NCBI GenBank assembly: GCA_043803405.1
Contig: JAZDKB010000013.1
Coordinates: forward strand, 24,658-88,657
Origin: Spirochaetota bacterium
GTDB lineage: Bacteria > Spirochaetota > UBA4802 > JAFGDQ01
Direction of reading: 5' to 3'
Length of the DNA: 64,000 nt
The notes under the pieces were generated by a model. The model ran no database searches, was not told the DNA's origin, and saw only the letters and a list, made by a program, of their open reading frames with translations. Below are positions 48,268 to 58,471 of this stretch, one piece after another. The position numbers were made by a program, and so were the translations under genes. Position 1 is the stretch's first letter, and each line of letters begins with the position of its first letter.

Positions 48268-48888
48268 TCAGCGCTTAAGAGGAATGCGGATCATCTTAAT
48301 CCTTCTCTTTTTTATTTTAGGCGCTCCTTCGGGATTATATTTGTTCTGCACTTCCTCAATAGGATGTGTAAGAAGCATCCTTAAAGCATCCTCGGTTTTA
48401 TTGAGGACGTCTATTAAAAATAAATTTTCCTCTTCAGTAAAATCCTTATAAAGATATTCCTCAAGGGTTTCATTTTTAGGAGGCATCCCGATGCCGATCC
48501 TGACTTTTGCGAATTTATCGGACTTTAATGTTCTTGCCATGGATTTTACACCGGGATTATCAAGCGAAGAGAGCAGATAATCGACTCTCAGTTCTCCGAA
48601 TTTCAAAGTGTGGTCGCCCAGAACGCAAATAATATCGTTTACCGTTATCCTGATAAAGGAAGCAATATACAGAACAGACTCCCCGATAAGATCAACAAAA
48701 GTCTGCGGCTTTAAAAGAACAACTTCTGTTTTATCAATTACTCCTCTTCCTATCAGGGATTTTTTCTTTTTAATTTTAATCTCGATATTTTCATTATTCC
48801 CTAATATCTCAACTACTTTAAAACCAATATTCTGTCTGTTGTTTAAAAATTGCTCTCCGGGATTTCCAAAACCAACTATTAGTTTCAA
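48268..48888 (-). CDS. Pth-like protein with degenerate active site
   Basis: KLIVGFGNPG and KPQTF retained; RHN is RQN, FMN is FVD, HD is LG, GHNG is DNPG. Confidence 0.85.
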   Translation of the reverse strand: MKLIVGFGNPGEQFLNNRQNIGFKVVEILGNNENIEIKIKKKKSLIGRGVIDKTEVVLLKPQTFVDLIGESVLYIASFIRITVNDIICVLGDHTLKFGELRVDYLLSSLDNPGVKSMARTLKSDKFAKVRIGIGMPPKNETLEEYLYKDFTEEENLFLIDVLNKTEDALRMLLTHPIEEVQNKYNPEGAPKIKKRRIKMIRIPLKR

Positions 48889-48934
48889 GCCTTTGATTTA
48901 CCTCCTGTAAAAGATATGGCACTTCAGAGACTTA

Positions 48935-49612
48935 TTATTCCTTTGCTTTTTCCTTATCCTTAGCTTTAGTTTCTTCACCTTCAGCCTGTACTTCCTTTCC
49001 TTCCTCCGCCCCTTCTACGCCTTCTTTTGCTTCAACTGCTTCTTCTTTAACATGAGGTATAACAACCGACGCAATAGGACGTTCTGGCAAACCTAAAAAT
49101 TTAACCGATTCGCCGATTTTTATATCGTTTACGCGGAACGACTGTCCAATAGCAAGATTGGAAACGTCGACTGCAACGCGCTCCGGCATATCTTTCGGAA
49201 GACATTCAATTTCAAGTTCTCTTTCGAATATTTCAAGTACTCCGCCTTCTTTAACTCCTACAGGAGCCCCTGTAATTTCCAGTTTAACGACAGTACGGAT
49301 TTTTTCGTCTGCTGTAACTTTATAAAAATCGATATGCATTATCTGATTTGAAACAGGATCAATATTGTAATCTTTTACAAAAACTTTATGCTGCGCATCC
49401 CCGGGCTTGTCTGCAATATTTAAATCTATCAAAACGCTCTCTGAGATACGACCTTTGAATATCGACGTAAATGCTTTCAGGGGGACTTTTATTGATTCAG
49501 TTTTTCCATGCGAATATAAAACAGCAGGGATAAAACCTTTAACTCTTAATCGGCCGCTTTCATTTTTACCGTATCCGGTTCTTAACTCAACATTTAATGT
49601 TCGCTCGTTCAT
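48935..49612 (-). CDS. rplY: 50S ribosomal protein L25/Ctc
   Basis: GFIPAVLY, HIDFY, GVKEGG, acidic tail. Confidence 0.95.
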   Translation of the reverse strand: MNERTLNVELRTGYGKNESGRLRVKGFIPAVLYSHGKTESIKVPLKAFTSIFKGRISESVLIDLNIADKPGDAQHKVFVKDYNIDPVSNQIMHIDFYKVTADEKIRTVVKLEITGAPVGVKEGGVLEIFERELEIECLPKDMPERVAVDVSNLAIGQSFRVNDIKIGESVKFLGLPERPIASVVIPHVKEEAVEAKEGVEGAEEGKEVQAEGEETKAKDKEKAKE

Positions 49613-49779
49613 ATTGTTTACTCTCTATAAATATTAAATTTTATTATTATAATTTCATAGCTGCGGGTTCCGAACCCGTCATTACTATTTAATCTTTTAA
49701 TAATGATCCCCGAATGCTATATGAAATTTATCCTAATTGCCGAATAAAAATATTTTCCAGAAACATTACGGGAAATTAT

Positions 49780-49851
49780 CTGAGGCGCCAGGATTCGAAC
49801 CTGGGGATGCCGAGACCAAAACCCGGTGCCTTACCGCTTGGCGACGCCTCA
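49780..49851 (-). tRNA. tRNA-Gln (anticodon TTG), CCA not encoded
   Basis: TGAGGCG acceptor stem, CCGGG-TT-TTG-GT-CTCGG anticodon arm, GGTTCGAATCC T-loop. Confidence 0.95.
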
Positions 49852-49860
49852 ATTCTTACT

Positions 49861-50772
49861 TTATACAAACTTTGCTATTATTACCTTTGCTTTTTTGCTA
49901 AGCGCATCTTTTGCAATTTCTGCCCTTCTTTTATCTTTAAAAAGTCCTATAACAGTTGAACCGCTTCCGGTCATTGCTGCATAATCCGGATTATAATCGG
50001 CAAGTTCGTTCTTTAAATTCCGTATTTCAGGATATTCCGAAAAGACAGGATCTTCAAAATCATTTTTTAAAATATCTTTAAATATATTAATATTTCTCTG
50101 TTTAATTCCTTCTTTAAACAGGGCTTTTTTCTTTTTTATTTCCGGTTCGTTTACCGGAGTATTGTTTTCTCTTTTTAAAGCTTTATAAGCCTTCCCGGTA
50201 TTTACCATAATACCACAGTTGGCAAGCAATACCCAGTATTTTAATTTTCCTTCTATACCTTCTATTTCATCCCCTATGCCCCGGCAAACCGCGTAACCGC
50301 CGCACAAGCAATATGGAACATCTGCTCCAAGTTCTGCTCCAAGCTTAAGGAGTTCGCTTTCTTCCAGCCCTACATTTAATTTGCTGCAGTGAGCATTAAG
50401 CAGTCTTAAGGCTGCTGCAGCGTCGCTGCTTCCTCCGCCAAGTCCTGCGCCGGAAGGAATATTTTTTTCCACAAGAACCGAAATCTCTCCGGTTTTTCCA
50501 GTCCTGCTTAAATATAATTTGACTGCTTTCGTGATAAGATTATCTTCAACTGCAATAGATGAAATGATATCCGCGTATACGCCGCCATCAGCGTGTACAT
50601 CTATACGAATGTCACTGCATTTTTCAGAAATAGTCAGCCGTTTGAATGTTAACCGATCGAAAAGATCAAGACTTGCATTAAGACTAAAAATGTTGTGATA
50701 AGAATCACTTCTTTTGTTGAGTACCTCTAAATGAAGATTAACCTTGGCGTTTGCTCTAACCGTATCTGTCAA
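49861..50772 (-). CDS. ispE: 4-diphosphocytidyl-2-C-methyl-D-erythritol kinase
   Basis: AKVNLHL, KNIPSGAGLGGGSSDAA, LGADVP, MTGSGS. Confidence 0.95.
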   Translation of the reverse strand: MTDTVRANAKVNLHLEVLNKRSDSYHNIFSLNASLDLFDRLTFKRLTISEKCSDIRIDVHADGGVYADIISSIAVEDNLITKAVKLYLSRTGKTGEISVLVEKNIPSGAGLGGGSSDAAAALRLLNAHCSKLNVGLEESELLKLGAELGADVPYCLCGGYAVCRGIGDEIEGIEGKLKYWVLLANCGIMVNTGKAYKALKRENNTPVNEPEIKKKKALFKEGIKQRNINIFKDILKNDFEDPVFSEYPEIRNLKNELADYNPDYAAMTGSGSTVIGLFKDKRRAEIAKDALSKKAKVIIAKFV

Positions 50773-50964
50773 TTAATTTTTTATCTTTTTAAAAATTTTG
50801 TACTTTAATACTATTTTATACTCTATTTTGTCAAGTAATTTATTGTATTCCGCAAGCGTTGTATCCTGTCTAAAAACATTCCCTGATTTAATTTATCAAA
50901 CTCAGAAGTCTGCAAATGGTACTCTACGAAAAAGAGTTCTTTTTATAAAGAACCGGAATTTGTG

Positions 50965-53367
50965 TTAAAATATACTGAAGAGACTTATAAATTTTTGCCG
51001 CAGTAATTTAAGGTAAAATGAAGCCTTTGCGCCCAGGCCGATAGTCATAACAGAAAGCAGCATTCCGACAAGCGGCACTGAAACAGCCATGCCGCTCCCT
51101 GACAGCCTGCCTATGATTTCTTTCAGGTATGCCACTGCAGGCGGATCTTCTCCTGCAATTGAAACACTAAATTTTTTCACTGCAGGCTCTGTCCAGAAAT
51201 ATTCTTTGACGTTGTTTCTGTATTTGAAATACCTGCATTTAACTCCTATAAAATATTCCCCGTCTGTAAGGTCAACTGCTGTTAAAATATTGCTTTTCAG
51301 GTTGATCCTGTCCGAAAACCACTTATCTTCTTTTCCGATAAAATATGAATATCCGGCTATATTTTTTTCTGTAATATTAACAGTGTTAATTTCTGCTGTA
51401 AATGCAGCTTTATCGTAAGCCTTTGAAATATCGAACGGCAGGCTCAGTTCAACTGCAGGGATCTTTGGTTTAAGGGCATCTTTAATTTTTACTTTTTCTT
51501 CTATTGTCCCCTGGGTTATTTTCTGTACCAGTAGAGGATCGAGCTTTGCGGCTTTACCTATAATAATTTCGTACGTGGCTATAGGGCTTAGCGCATTTGT
51601 TTTATCTACAGAGCGTAATGTGAAGAAATACCTGCCCTGGTTCAGGTGGTCGAATTTAACTTCCAGGCCGGTTGTGAATTTATCCGGAGCATTGATCGCG
51701 TCCTTGGAAATATTATACAAAAAACCTTTATGCCTGGTTACATCTGTCATTGACCAGTTCAGCACTGCCGTTGTGGCGTCCGCGGGCTTGCCTTCAGGAT
51801 GGGTCGTGGATTTAACGACAGGCATTGAAGGGGGATTTTTGCTCACCTGTATTTTATAGCGCACTGTCCTGCTGTAATTTCCGGCGCCGTCCACAGCCCG
51901 TATATAAAAATAGGAAATGCCATCCTCGAGTTCCTGGCTTCTGTATTCCGTTATATTGCCTGCAAGGTTAATAATGGTGGGATCGATATCCTGCAGATTG
52001 TAATCGCCTGGTTTTTTTAAAAAGGTTGCGTATCCTGCTATATTCGACTCGTCAAACGGCGCCTGCCATTTCAGTATTGCTGTTGAAGCTTTTGACCACG
52101 CGTCCTCCGGATGACTAGGCGAATACACTACAGGCGGATCGACATGCACATCGGATGTCTTTGCCATTAATCTTCCGGATTCTTCCCACAGCGCCATAAT
52201 CTTTCTGTTCATCTGAACAGCGAGAGGCTTTCTTGCAGGAACGCCCTGCCTGGAAAGCAGCACTTCCGCAGGCGGATTTTTCGTTTGAGGCGGCATTTTT
52301 CTTGCGTACACCCCCGGTATTTTATTGCGCGTATCGTACCATATTACAAACAGATTATCGTCGTCGGATTTAACGATTACCGGAGAAAAACAATCCGCGT
52401 TTGTAGTTGAAATTGTATCCGGATCGCTCCATACATTCCCTCTGTCGCTTCCCTTCATTAGTTTAATTGCCCAGTTTTTTGTTTCATTATTCTGATATAC
52501 GAGATAAATTTCATTATCATAAACATTGATAAACGGAGCGCTGTCTTTAGCCTTATCTTTTGTAATAAGTTTTTTGGATGTCCAGCTGTTGCCGTTATTG
52601 GCAGACCTGATAAAATAAAGATCATCGGTTAACGCTTCCAGTCTTTTTTCTTTTTCCTGCCATACAATATAGATATAGCCGTTCGACGATTCAATAGCAG
52701 GAAAAAAAGCTCCTCTTAGACCTTCCGAAATATTAACAAGGCTGTCCGGATCATCGAATTTTTTTTCATCTTCGCTTATTATATGAAACAGGCTGAATCC
52801 TTTTTCCATATACGCGTTGTAAAATATATGAAGCCTGTTTTTATCGTCGTAAAGAACCTTCGGCATGAGTTCCATCTGAGTTTTGGATTGAACGCGCGTG
52901 GGCGCGCTCCATGTTGCGCCGGTATCAGCCGAAGTGGAATAATAAATGCGGCTGTTGGGGTCCTGTTCGGTAAGTATTTGCCATACTGCGGCAATATGCC
53001 CGTTCGCGGAAACTGAAATGTCCGGATTAGGTTCTGTCCTGGAATCAATCGGTGCTATTTTAACCGGCTGGAGAAAATTCATACCGTTGTCGAATGAGAG
53101 TGAAACATATATGCCGGCTGCTTTGTTTTTTTCGCCCTCGTAAACAACCGCGATTATGTTTCCCTTTTGTGTAAGTCTGAAATTTTTTACATAGATATCG
53201 TAAGGAACAACAGGATATGTTTTGTCCCAGCCGACGGGCAGTGTGGACACATTGCTGCTCTGAAAAAGAAGAATAAAAAAGAGCGAAACCGAACTTAAGA
53301 CAAGAATCAGCCATGCTGCTTTTTTATAAAACGGCATTTTTAAAAAATTGCTATTCATATAATACAA
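50965..53367 (-). CDS. Membrane-anchored BNR/Asp-box beta-propeller protein with FN3-like modules
   Basis: Four Asp boxes (SFDNG..F, SADTGATW, SANNGNSW, SDRGNVW), AVDGAGNYS; TMs at both ends. Confidence 0.75.
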   Translation of the reverse strand: MYYMNSNFLKMPFYKKAAWLILVLSSVSLFFILLFQSSNVSTLPVGWDKTYPVVPYDIYVKNFRLTQKGNIIAVVYEGEKNKAAGIYVSLSFDNGMNFLQPVKIAPIDSRTEPNPDISVSANGHIAAVWQILTEQDPNSRIYYSTSADTGATWSAPTRVQSKTQMELMPKVLYDDKNRLHIFYNAYMEKGFSLFHIISEDEKKFDDPDSLVNISEGLRGAFFPAIESSNGYIYIVWQEKEKRLEALTDDLYFIRSANNGNSWTSKKLITKDKAKDSAPFINVYDNEIYLVYQNNETKNWAIKLMKGSDRGNVWSDPDTISTTNADCFSPVIVKSDDDNLFVIWYDTRNKIPGVYARKMPPQTKNPPAEVLLSRQGVPARKPLAVQMNRKIMALWEESGRLMAKTSDVHVDPPVVYSPSHPEDAWSKASTAILKWQAPFDESNIAGYATFLKKPGDYNLQDIDPTIINLAGNITEYRSQELEDGISYFYIRAVDGAGNYSRTVRYKIQVSKNPPSMPVVKSTTHPEGKPADATTAVLNWSMTDVTRHKGFLYNISKDAINAPDKFTTGLEVKFDHLNQGRYFFTLRSVDKTNALSPIATYEIIIGKAAKLDPLLVQKITQGTIEEKVKIKDALKPKIPAVELSLPFDISKAYDKAAFTAEINTVNITEKNIAGYSYFIGKEDKWFSDRINLKSNILTAVDLTDGEYFIGVKCRYFKYRNNVKEYFWTEPAVKKFSVSIAGEDPPAVAYLKEIIGRLSGSGMAVSVPLVGMLLSVMTIGLGAKASFYLKLLRQKFISLFSIF

Positions 53368-53555
53368 TTTAATTGTTTGTTTTTATTTAGCAAGAATAAT
53401 TATTAATAAATTTGTCGTGCCCGGTTCCCTGAACATGAACGATATTATTTTGTCTTGACTTTGTTTAAAAATACCGCATATATAATCCTATTAATAATAT
53501 AAATAATAATGATTTATTTTATATATTAATTAAACAATTATTCAGGAGGAACAAC

Positions 53556-54875
53556 GTGGATGCTGTTTTTCTTTCAAGACTTCAGTTCGGGATATCGGTC
53601 GGGTTTCATTTTATTTTCCCTTCATTGACACTCGGATTGACATTTATTACGACAATATTTGAAACACTGTATTATAGATCGGGCAATGAAAACTACAAGG
53701 CTGTTTCCTCTTTTCTTGTTAAAATAATAGGGCTGGTTTTCACTCTCGGAGTCGCTACCGGGATTGTGCTGGAGTTTTCGTTCGGCACCAACTGGGCTGA
53801 ATACTCCAGGATGGTGGGTGACATATTCGGAGCGCCGCTCGCTGCTGAAGCAATATTCTCATTTTTCCTTGAGTCTGTCTTCCTGGGCGTTCTTCTTTTC
53901 GGCCGCAAAAAAGTATCTAAAAAAGCATACCTTGTCTCGGCTTATTGCGTAACGTTCGGTGCGCATTTATCCGCGTTCTGGATACTTGCCGCGAATTCGT
54001 GGATGCAGACCCCGGCCGGTTTTGCAATTATCGATGGCAGGGCAGTGCTGCAGAATTTCCTTGAAGCAACTCTTAATCACTCGACACTGATACGCCTCGT
54101 CCATGTTGTTCTCTCGGCTTGGGTCGCAGGTTCAATTTTCGCGGCAGGCGTAAGCGCGTTTTACCTTATAAGAGGAAAATTCAGTGAACAGGCAAAGCTC
54201 CTTCTTAAGACGTCGCTTATCATATTTATTTTTTCTTCGCTTGCAATACTTGTTTCCGGGCACACTCATTCAATACAGGTAGCTAAAACACAGCCAGCGA
54301 AAATGGCGTCCTTCGAAGCTTTGTGGAAAACGCAGAGTGGAGCGCCCATGTCGCTCATAGGGCTTCCGTGCGGGAAAGAAGAAAAGACATACATGGAAAT
54401 AAGCGTTCCGAAACTCCTCAGCCTCATGATCGACTTTGATCCGGATTCCGAGGTTAAGGGGCTGGATGCTTTCCCGAAAGACGAGCTCCCGCCTCTGCTC
54501 CCGACATATTTTTCCTATCACATAATGGTCGGGCTTGGAATGCTTTTTATAGCAATGGCTTTTTTATACGGCTTTCTTGTTTTTAAAAATAAATTGTACG
54601 ATAAAAAGATTTTTCTTTGGCCGCTTGTTTTTGCCATTCCTCTTCCGCATTTTGCCATACAGCTTGGCTGGATAGCCGCAGAAGTGGGCAGGCAGCCCTG
54701 GGCTGTTTACGGCGTGCTTAAAACGTCGGACGCTGCTTCTGCTGTTGTGCCTGCAGGCCAGATATTGTTTACGGTCATCATGTTCAGCATTATCTATCTT
54801 TTGCTTTTCTGCCTGTTTATATACATACTCGTCAGGCTTATAAACAAAGGCTTCGGATCCGAAGGTTCATATTAG
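53556..54875 (+). CDS. cydA: Cytochrome bd ubiquinol oxidase subunit I
   Basis: LSRLQF..FHFIFP, FGTNW, ANSWMQTP, QPAKMA, EVGRQPW. Confidence 0.95.
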   Translation: MDAVFLSRLQFGISVGFHFIFPSLTLGLTFITTIFETLYYRSGNENYKAVSSFLVKIIGLVFTLGVATGIVLEFSFGTNWAEYSRMVGDIFGAPLAAEAIFSFFLESVFLGVLLFGRKKVSKKAYLVSAYCVTFGAHLSAFWILAANSWMQTPAGFAIIDGRAVLQNFLEATLNHSTLIRLVHVVLSAWVAGSIFAAGVSAFYLIRGKFSEQAKLLLKTSLIIFIFSSLAILVSGHTHSIQVAKTQPAKMASFEALWKTQSGAPMSLIGLPCGKEEKTYMEISVPKLLSLMIDFDPDSEVKGLDAFPKDELPPLLPTYFSYHIMVGLGMLFIAMAFLYGFLVFKNKLYDKKIFLWPLVFAIPLPHFAIQLGWIAAEVGRQPWAVYGVLKTSDAASAVVPAGQILFTVIMFSIIYLLLFCLFIYILVRLINKGFGSEGSY

Positions 54876-54888
54876 AAAAGGGGGAATT

Positions 54889-55881
54889 ATGGAATATACA
54901 GACTTATTACGAAATACATGGTTTATCCTGATAGGGGTATTGTTTATAGGCTATTCAATACTGGACGGATTCGATTTAGGCGTCGGGATGCTTATGCCTT
55001 TTATCACCCGCGAAGATAAAGACAGAAAAATCCTTATAAATTCAATATGGCCTGTATGGGACGGCAATGAAGTGTGGCTGCTGACCGGGGCAGGTGCGCT
55101 CTTTGCTGCGTTCCCTGTTGCTTATGCATCGGTGTTCAGCGGATTTTATTTGCTGTTCATGCTTACACTGTTCGCGCTTATTTTCAGGGCAGTATCAATG
55201 GAATTCTGGTATTATGATGAAAAAAGAAAAGGTTTATGGGCTGCGGCTTTTTCAATAGGGAGCTTTTTGCCTCCGTTGCTGCTTGGGCTAATTATCGGCA
55301 ACATTTTACTTGGAATGCCGCTGAACGACAAATTTCAGTTTACAAGCACGCTTTCATTGATATTCAGGCCTTTTCCTGTGCTATGCGCAGTTCTTGCTGT
55401 AGTTTTTATGATAATGCACGGCGCATCTTATTTAGCCTTGAAAACCGAAGGCAGCCTCTGCGATAAAGCTGAGAGGGTTGCATCAAGGATATGGTTCTTT
55501 GCGCTCTTTGTATTAATAGTCGCGGTGATATCTATTTTTCTTTTCTTCCTGGAAAAATCGCATAATCCTGTTATGTGGGTATTGTCTCTTTTAATATTTA
55601 TTGCATTGTTTTTATTTAAAAAATTCAGTTATAGCGGAAAAGCAGGGCTTTCGTTCCTGCTGTCATCTCTTATTTTTGCGGAACTGTGGATATGCGCAGG
55701 CGTAATATTGTATCCAAATCTGCTGAATGGGCTGGGCAGCAACGGTCTGAGCATATACAACGCATCATCAAGCAAACTTACGCTGCGTATAATGCTCACC
55801 TTTGCTTTGATCGGGGTGCCGATAGTGCTTGCGTACACTATTTATGTTTACCGCATATTTAAGGGAAAAGTAAGGGAGTAA
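54889..55881 (+). CDS. cydB: Cytochrome bd ubiquinol oxidase subunit II
   Basis: LDGFDLGVG, WDGNEVWL, YRIFKGKV. Confidence 0.95.
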   Translation: MEYTDLLRNTWFILIGVLFIGYSILDGFDLGVGMLMPFITREDKDRKILINSIWPVWDGNEVWLLTGAGALFAAFPVAYASVFSGFYLLFMLTLFALIFRAVSMEFWYYDEKRKGLWAAAFSIGSFLPPLLLGLIIGNILLGMPLNDKFQFTSTLSLIFRPFPVLCAVLAVVFMIMHGASYLALKTEGSLCDKAERVASRIWFFALFVLIVAVISIFLFFLEKSHNPVMWVLSLLIFIALFLFKKFSYSGKAGLSFLLSSLIFAELWICAGVILYPNLLNGLGSNGLSIYNASSSKLTLRIMLTFALIGVPIVLAYTIYVYRIFKGKVRE

Positions 55882-55946
55882 TCCGGTAATTATTGCAGTT
55901 TAAGATAACACCGTAAAGCAGAGAGTAAGGCGGTCGCAGGCTGCTT

Positions 55947-56738
55947 TTAATCCGATCCTACGAATTCTGCTATGCTGTTAAAGTATAGATCCTGGTCCGC
56001 AAACATTACGGTGTTATGATCCGCACCCGGGATGATCACAAGTTTCTTATTTTTTGCACCGGAATTCTCAAAGTTGACTTTTGCTTCTTCCAGAGGAATT
56101 ATTGAATCGCGTTCGGCATGCATGATCAGCGTTGGCTTACTAACCCGGCGTATTTTTTCTTTGTTGAAAAAATTTCTGCCTTCGTCCCATACAGGATGTT
56201 CAAAAGGCACAAGGCCGAACATCGCAAGGTAGTTCCGGAAATTGGTTGCTGAACCGCTTTCAATGATAAGTCCGGCATAATCATCGCTGTTCTCTTTCGC
56301 TATTTCCATTGCGCAGAGGCTCCCCAAAGATCTGCCCATGATAAACAGCCGGTCGGAATATCCTTTCTCTCTCAGCATTTTTTTTACGAAGGAAAATATT
56401 ACTTTAGCATCATTAAGAATATGGGCGATAGTCGGAGAACCGTCGCTGTGGCCGTAGCCCCTGTAATCCGCAACCAGCAGGTTGATTTTCATTTCGTTGT
56501 ATACCGGGGCGATATCGTCGTAATCGTAAGCGATCTCCCCGTTCCCGTGAAAAAAAAGAATAGTCGGATATTTTTCGTCTGCTTTATAAAAGCGGCAGCC
56601 TATCTTTACTCCGGGTTCAACCTCAATAAAAATATTTCGCGGATCGATTTTCGCGCTTTCCGGCATTTGCACAGGATAAAAAAGTATGGAATGAATTGCC
56701 GGCTGGTCAAGAAATTCAACAGGATCTAATGTGCCCAT
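55947..56738 (-). CDS. Alpha/beta hydrolase
   Basis: FHGNGE, DYRGYG, GRSLGS, GADHN. Confidence 0.9.
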   Translation of the reverse strand: MGTLDPVEFLDQPAIHSILFYPVQMPESAKIDPRNIFIEVEPGVKIGCRFYKADEKYPTILFFHGNGEIAYDYDDIAPVYNEMKINLLVADYRGYGHSDGSPTIAHILNDAKVIFSFVKKMLREKGYSDRLFIMGRSLGSLCAMEIAKENSDDYAGLIIESGSATNFRNYLAMFGLVPFEHPVWDEGRNFFNKEKIRRVSKPTLIMHAERDSIIPLEEAKVNFENSGAKNKKLVIIPGADHNTVMFADQDLYFNSIAEFVGSD

Positions 56739-56762
56739 AATAATTTTCCTTTAAGCAGCAAA

Positions 56763-56984
56763 TTATTTGTTTTCGGTTTTGCGTTCGCTTTTTTTATTAT
56801 CTTCAATCCAGGTTCTTGATGATCTGGAATCACAGGCAAACTCGGCCGATTTTTCGAATTTTTCTTTAAGCGTATCTTCATCATAACCGCTGTCTTCCGG
56901 ATCGCCAAGCAGCGCCTCGAAAAGCTCGGGCGGAGAAAGCCGTATTACATTGGCTGCTGATGTTTTATTTTTTTTATCTTCCAT
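56763..56984 (-). CDS. Hypothetical protein
   Basis: 73-aa ORF between co-oriented genes. Confidence 0.45.
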   Translation of the reverse strand: MEDKKNKTSAANVIRLSPPELFEALLGDPEDSGYDEDTLKEKFEKSAEFACDSRSSRTWIEDNKKSERKTENK

Positions 56985-57002
56985 ATATTTTTGTATTTTA
57001 AA

Positions 57003-57320
57003 TTATGATCTTATCATAGTCAGCAGCATTTTAAAATCAGTCACGGCTTTTAACGCGTGCGGTTCATTGGCCGGCATTACGATTATTTCGCCCTGTTTCA
57101 CATTATACGGTTTGCCCGAAATTTTAATTTCGACTTCACCGTCAAGAACCTGAACCAGAGCGTCAAAAGGCGCCGTATGCTCGCTTAATCCCTGGGTTTT
57201 ATCGAACGCGAACAGTGTTACTGTACCGGTTTTTTTTTCAATTATGGTTTTGCTTACAACAGCGTCTTTCTGATAATTTACCATATCAGCCAGTAAGTTT
57301 TTTATTATTTCATTGCTCAT
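57003..57320 (-). CDS. Cupin domain protein
   Basis: LSEHTAPFDA, MPANEPHAL. Confidence 0.9.
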   Translation of the reverse strand: MSNEIIKNLLADMVNYQKDAVVSKTIIEKKTGTVTLFAFDKTQGLSEHTAPFDALVQVLDGEVEIKISGKPYNVKQGEIIVMPANEPHALKAVTDFKMLLTMIRS

Positions 57321-57536
57321 GTTTTTCCTCTTAATTTATTAATTATAAAATTTTGTTGTTTAAAGAAGAGAATGTCAACTCAATAATAATTTTAGCTCGT
57401 TGGCGTCCGGCCGATAGCGACAGAGAAATTATTTTACACTTAATCAGGAGATTTTTCACATTTGTTCGAAATGATACAGCACTAATCATTACGTAAACCG
57501 CTATAGTTTTAAATATGCTGCGATTTGAAAATTCTG

Positions 57537-57565
57537 TTGACTTTTGCAGTTATCGGAGATATAAA
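57537..57565 (+). promoter_or_regulatory. Sigma-70 promoter for pilZ-usp
   Basis: TTGACT-17-TATAAA. Confidence 0.55.
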
Positions 57566-57655
57566 ATATAGGCAGGGGAAATTACCGGCCATTTACTCCC
57601 GATCCGGTTGCCCGGGTAATTTTACATTATTATTAAATATTAGGGGAGGTCTGCC

Positions 57656-58003
57656 ATGAAGCATCCTGAAAGGGAGCATCAGAGGGTATATTTTACATTT
57701 TATCTCAGGATTTTCGAGGGTTCTTCATTACTCGGCTTTCTTCTCGATATCTCCCTGAAAGGGCTGATGATTATGTCGGAAAAGGAGTTGCGCACAGGCA
57801 AAACATACACGCTTTCCGTAAAAGTGCCTCCTGTTATTTCCGAGGATCACGGCGATTATGTTAAAATACAATCAGAGTGCCGCTGGTGCCGCCGCGATGA
57901 AAAGCAAAAAGATACATATCTTTGCGGATTTCAGATTGAGGATATCCAGGGTAAAGGGAATAATCTTGTCAAAAAACTGATCGATGAATACAGGCTTCGT
58001 TAG
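57656..58003 (+). CDS. PilZ domain protein
   Basis: RxxxR (REHQR) and DxSxxG (DISLKG) c-di-GMP motifs. Confidence 0.88.
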   Translation: MKHPEREHQRVYFTFYLRIFEGSSLLGFLLDISLKGLMIMSEKELRTGKTYTLSVKVPPVISEDHGDYVKIQSECRWCRRDEKQKDTYLCGFQIEDIQGKGNNLVKKLIDEYRLR

Positions 58004-58015
58004 GAGGATGATGAA

Positions 58016-58471
58016 ATGAAGAAAACCGCCGCGAAAAAAAAGATGCTTGTCCTTGCCGGGCTAAGTTTAAAAGAAGATCCGGAATATCTTTATAAGGAAA
58101 TATCGCGCCTCACAGGCGGAGCCGATATATCGATCTATTTTATTCATGTTTTAAAGGAGATGCCCAAGGTTGCTTACAGCGCGAATGCAAACAAGCTGTG
58201 GGAAGATTACAGGGACAGGGCAGTGATCGATACCCTGGTAAAAATGAAGGTATATCTAAAGCGCTTTTCGGCCGGGTACTCCGATATTGAACCTCTGGTC
58301 AATTCCGGCAGTCCTTCGGATGTAATAGCTCGCATTGCGGACACTGTGAAAGCTGATCTGATAATTGTCGGGAGCAAACCGGTTTCCGGCATTATTAAAA
58401 TGATAAAAAGCACAACAGCCGAAAAAGTAGTGCGGTTGTCGTCCAAACCTGTGCTGAGCATAATTCTGTAA
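58016..58471 (+). CDS. Universal stress protein
   Basis: IHV, GSPSDVI, ADLIIVGS, AEKVVR..PVL. Confidence 0.85.
   Translation: MKKTAAKKKMLVLAGLSLKEDPEYLYKEISRLTGGADISIYFIHVLKEMPKVAYSANANKLWEDYRDRAVIDTLVKMKVYLKRFSAGYSDIEPLVNSGSPSDVIARIADTVKADLIIVGSKPVSGIIKMIKSTTAEKVVRLSSKPVLSIIL

Noticed and set aside
57570..57650. c-di-GMP riboswitch upstream of pilZ
   Set aside because: Hairpin present, but class I (GGCAAA..GCAAA) and class II consensus features not recognisable
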